Shown here in pieces: positions 29,390 to 32,000 of a stretch of 32,000 bases of DNA; positions within the stretch are counted from its first letter, which is position 1, and every line of letters begins with the position of its first letter. The notes under the pieces are model-generated. The model made no database searches and had not been told where the DNA came from. It worked only from the letters and a program-made list of their open reading frames with translations. The DNA is taken from NCBI GenBank assembly GCA_027925325.1, contig AP027133.1:570001-602000 (forward strand), written 5' to 3'. Source of the stretch: Candidatus Saccharimonadota bacterium (GTDB lineage Bacteria > Bacillota_I > Bacilli_A > Mycoplasmatales > Hepatoplasmataceae). A program made the translations under genes and the position numbers.

Positions 29390-31333
29390 TTAATAATCCA
29401 ATTTGGCATATAAAGCATTTTTTTCAATAAATTGCTTTCTAGGTAAAACAATTTCACCCATAAGTTCAGAAAAAACACGATCTGCATCTTGAGCATCTTC
29501 AATTTCCACAAGTAATAATTTACGATTAGAAGGATCCATTGTTGTTTCTCATAATTGTAAATCATTCATCTCTCCCAATCCTTTATATCTTTGAATTGAA
29601 ATTTTAGTATTTTTTTCTAATTTACTTAAAAATTTTTCTTTTTCAGAATCTGTATAGATATATTGTGATGATTTTCCTTTTGTTATTTTATATAAAGGAG
29701 GTTGAGCAATATAGAGATGTTTATTTTCAATAAGATCTCTAAAATAACGAAAAAAGAATGTAAGTAAAAGTGTTCGAATATGTGAGCCATCAACATCGGC
29801 ATCGGTCATGATAATTATCTTTCCGTATCTAATTTTTGTTAAATTAAAATCTTCATTAATCCCTGTTCCGATCGCTGTAATCAATGCATTTATTTCATTA
29901 TTATTAAATAACTTATCAATTCTTGATTTTTCAGCATTTATAACTTTTCCTCTTAATGGTAAAATCGCTTGAATTTCACGATTTCGTCCCATTTTAGCAC
30001 TACCACCGGCAGAATCTCCCTCAACAATAAAAAGCTCTGTAATTTGATTATTTTTGGAAGAACAATCTGCTAATTTTCCTGGAAGAGTACTAGAAAATAA
30101 ATTGTCTTTTCTACGTGTTAATTCTTTTGCTTTCTGCGCAGCAAGTCTTGATTTTGATGCCTGTTTAATTTTAGCAATCATAAGTTGGGCTTGTGTTGGA
30201 TTTTCTAATAGATAATTTTCAAATTGCTCCGAAATAATGTTATTTACAATTCTTCGAACTTCGATATTAGCAAATTTACCTTTGGTTTGTCCTTCATACA
30301 TCGGATCAGGGTGCTTTACAGAAATTACAGCGGTAAGACCTTCTTTTACATCATCTCGAACAAAAATTTCTTGTTCTTTTTTTGGTAATTGTTCCTTTAC
30401 ATATTTATTAATGATTCTTATAATAGCATCAAAAAATCCTTGAACATGCGTTCCTCCCTCAATTGTTGCAATATTATTAACAAATGAAAGAATTTTTGGT
30501 TGATAAGCTGTTGTATATTGTAAAGCAACGTCAACGGTAATATCTTCTTTTTTAGCAGATGAATATATCACATCTTTTGTAATTAATTCATAACCTTTAT
30601 TTAAATAATTAACAAAATCAATTAAACCATTTTTAAATTGATATTTTATTTTTTTAGAATCTATGTCACGATTATCGGTAAATTCAATCAGTAAATTTTT
30701 ATTTAAATAAGCATTTTCTTTTAATCTTTTGTTAATTATTTCAAAATTAAAACTATCTACCCCTTCATTAAAAAGAAAAAAATCAGGTTTGAAAGTTACT
30801 TTTGTTCCTTTGTGTGTGGTTTCACCTAAGTTTTGCAAACCACTTGATTTTGTTCCTCCATTTTCAAATAAAATTGAGTATCCTTGCTTATTTCGAAAAG
30901 AGACAACTTCAAGAAATTCAGATAAGGCATTTACAACCGAAGCACCTACACCATGTAATCCCCCAGAAACTTTGTAACCTGATTTATCACCACCAAATTT
31001 ACCTCCAGCGTGCAATTTCATAAATACTGTTTCTAAAGTTGAAACATTTGTTTTTGGATGGATTTCAACAGGAATCCCTCTTCCATCATCAATTACGGTA
31101 ATTGATTCATCGGGATTTAAAATTACTTCTATTTTAGTAGCATAATTTGCGAGTACTTCATCAATTGAATTATCAATTATTTCTCATACTAAATGATGTA
31201 ATCCTTTATCATCAATATTACCAATATACATTCCTGGTCTTTTACGAACAGCCTCTAATTCTTCTAATACTTGGATTGAATTTTGATCATAATTACTTTC
31301 TATTTCTTTAGTTGTTTCATTTTCCTTTTTCAT
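29390..31333 (-). CDS. gyrB: DNA gyrase subunit B, 647 aa
   Basis: ORF 29549..31021 was extended by hand. Upstream it passes TGA at 31184-31186 ([13 protein letters not shown]) to ATG at 31331-31333. Downstream it passes TGA at 29549-29551 (LQL-W-ETTMDP) to TAA at 29390-29392. Also LHAGGKFGG, the Toprim EGDSAGG, and PLRGK. Confidence 0.97.
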
Positions 31334-31341
31334 ATTATTTC

Positions 31342-32000
31342 CTAAATTTCAATAAATTGAATTTTTTGTTTCAAATTTTGATCGACTTTTGCTTTCGGTG
31401 ATGTAATAAAAGAATTTAAATTTTTATCAAGTAAAATTTTTAATAATAAATTTGAATTTTTTTTATCTAATTCTGAAAAAATATCATCCAAAAGTAAGAT
31501 AAATTCTAAATCATATTGCTCTCTTAAATATTCAATAAAAGAAATTACAAGCAATAAAATTGCCATTTTCATGTGTCCATCTGAAGAAATATTTAAATAA
31601 AATTCTTTATCATATTCAATAATATAATCATCTTTTGTAATTGTAATTGGTGGTTTTAAGAGTAGATTTTCTAAAATATAATCTTTTAAAATAATTGCTT
31701 TTTTGTAATATAATTTTAGTTCTTTATTTAGATAATTTTTTGTATTTTTCTGATAAAAAAAGTTTATGTTTTCAACTTCTTTTTCTCTTATATTGATTAT
31801 CTCTTCTTCAAGATCTTTTAATGAATTAACAATTTCTGATTTTAAAGATCGATTTATAACAATTGAATTATTATTTATATCTTGCAAAGAAATCAATAAT
31901 TTATCAAAATCTAATAATAACTTTTCATAAATTTTGTGATCTTGTTTAATTAACATATTAATTAAACTTTGTCTTGTTGTTTTTTGATATTTAAAATTAT
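31342..32000 (-). CDS. recF: RecF-like DNA replication/repair ATPase, C-terminal part (N-terminus beyond window end)
   Basis: The frame is open to the window edge upstream of the track ORF. Signature-like [13 protein letters not shown] and Walker B/D-loop [14 protein letters not shown] stop at 31342-31344. Position immediately upstream of gyrB. Confidence 0.7.
   Translation of the reverse strand, partial: NFKYQKTTRQSLINMLIKQDHKIYEKLLLDFDKLLISLQDINNNSIVINRSLKSEIVNSLKDLEEEIINIREKEVENINFFYQKNTKNYLNKELKLYYKKAIILKDYILENLLLKPPITITKDDYIIEYDKEFYLNISSDGHMKMAILLLVISFIEYLREQYDLEFILLLDDIFSELDKKNSNLLLKILLDKNLNSFITSPKAKVDQNLKQKIQFIEI

Noticed and set aside
337-31023. Track ORFs lying antisense to, or out of frame within, the strong genes: 337..576, 3422..3661, 3808..4005, 4768..4950, 6781..6990, 7350..7532, 10212..10451, 11588..11899, 19716..19961, 22818..23126, 24858..25064, 26889..27314, 27424..27615, 29380..29565, 30237..30443, 30729..30977, 30802..31023
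   Set aside because: Each lies entirely inside a gene with clear family motifs, on the other strand or in another frame. They have low-complexity L/F/I/K composition and no SD. In AT-rich DNA, shadow ORFs of 60-140 aa are expected. ORF 29380..29565 is out of frame with the real gyrB C-terminus, and 19716..19961 is antisense to small membrane protein B.
2628-31333. Apparent mass pseudogenisation (metG, mnmG, gyrB, serS, tatD and others split into pieces)
   Set aside because: The fragments of each gene share one frame. The stops I checked at the junctions are TGA, several at conserved Trp sites. This is a genetic-code effect (table 4), not gene decay.
1-32000. tRNA, rRNA, CRISPR, IS/transposase or integrase genes
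   Set aside because: I scanned for GC-rich islands and T-loop-like GGTTCGAAT/GGTTCAAAT motifs. The only structured GC-rich non-coding segment is the SRP RNA at 25531-25606. No transposase- or integrase-like ORFs and no inverted terminal repeats were recognised around the island.

Overview
The window is extremely AT-rich, compact and almost entirely coding. It only makes sense with UGA read as Trp (translation table 4). Nearly every break in the standard-code ORF track is an in-frame TGA, often at a conserved Trp position, and real stops are TAA or TAG. Together with Firmicute-like synteny this points to a Mollicutes-type (Mycoplasma/Entomoplasma-like) chromosome; I cannot name the species.

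After re-joining the fragments I call 25 CDS and one SRP RNA.
- A long minus-strand, origin-proximal housekeeping run: recF(partial)-gyrB-gyrA-serS-ffs-dnaX-recR-tmk-(174 aa ORF in the holB slot)-rsmI-(RecB-like nuclease)-(two small Trp-rich membrane paralogs)-mnmE-tatD.
- Further left: metG (+), then pyrG, a choline-kinase-like phosphotransferase, an RNase H-domain protein and mnmG (-), a hypothetical (+), and a tandem-NBD ABC ATPase (-, partial).

The non-housekeeping part is a ~7.6 kb insert between metG and tatD (9518-17096). It holds four genes:
- a 1354 aa DUF4011-like / Upf1-type SF1 helicase fused to a C-terminal Vsr/DUF559-like endonuclease;
- a 303 aa all-pentapeptide-repeat (DNA-mimic fold) protein immediately downstream of the helicase, 11 nt gap with the SD in the gap;
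- a divergent 2-TM::YbjQ(DUF74) fusion;
- an orphan 583 aa AAA_15/21-type ABC ATPase.

I consider the helicase-nuclease + pentapeptide pair, and the island as a whole, the best candidate for an undescribed, probably defence-type system.

Secondary oddities are the tandem UGA-rich small membrane proteins and an rsmI-coupled PD-(D/E)xK nuclease. I found no tRNA, rRNA, CRISPR array or transposase. All homology statements rest on motifs read by eye, not on searches.
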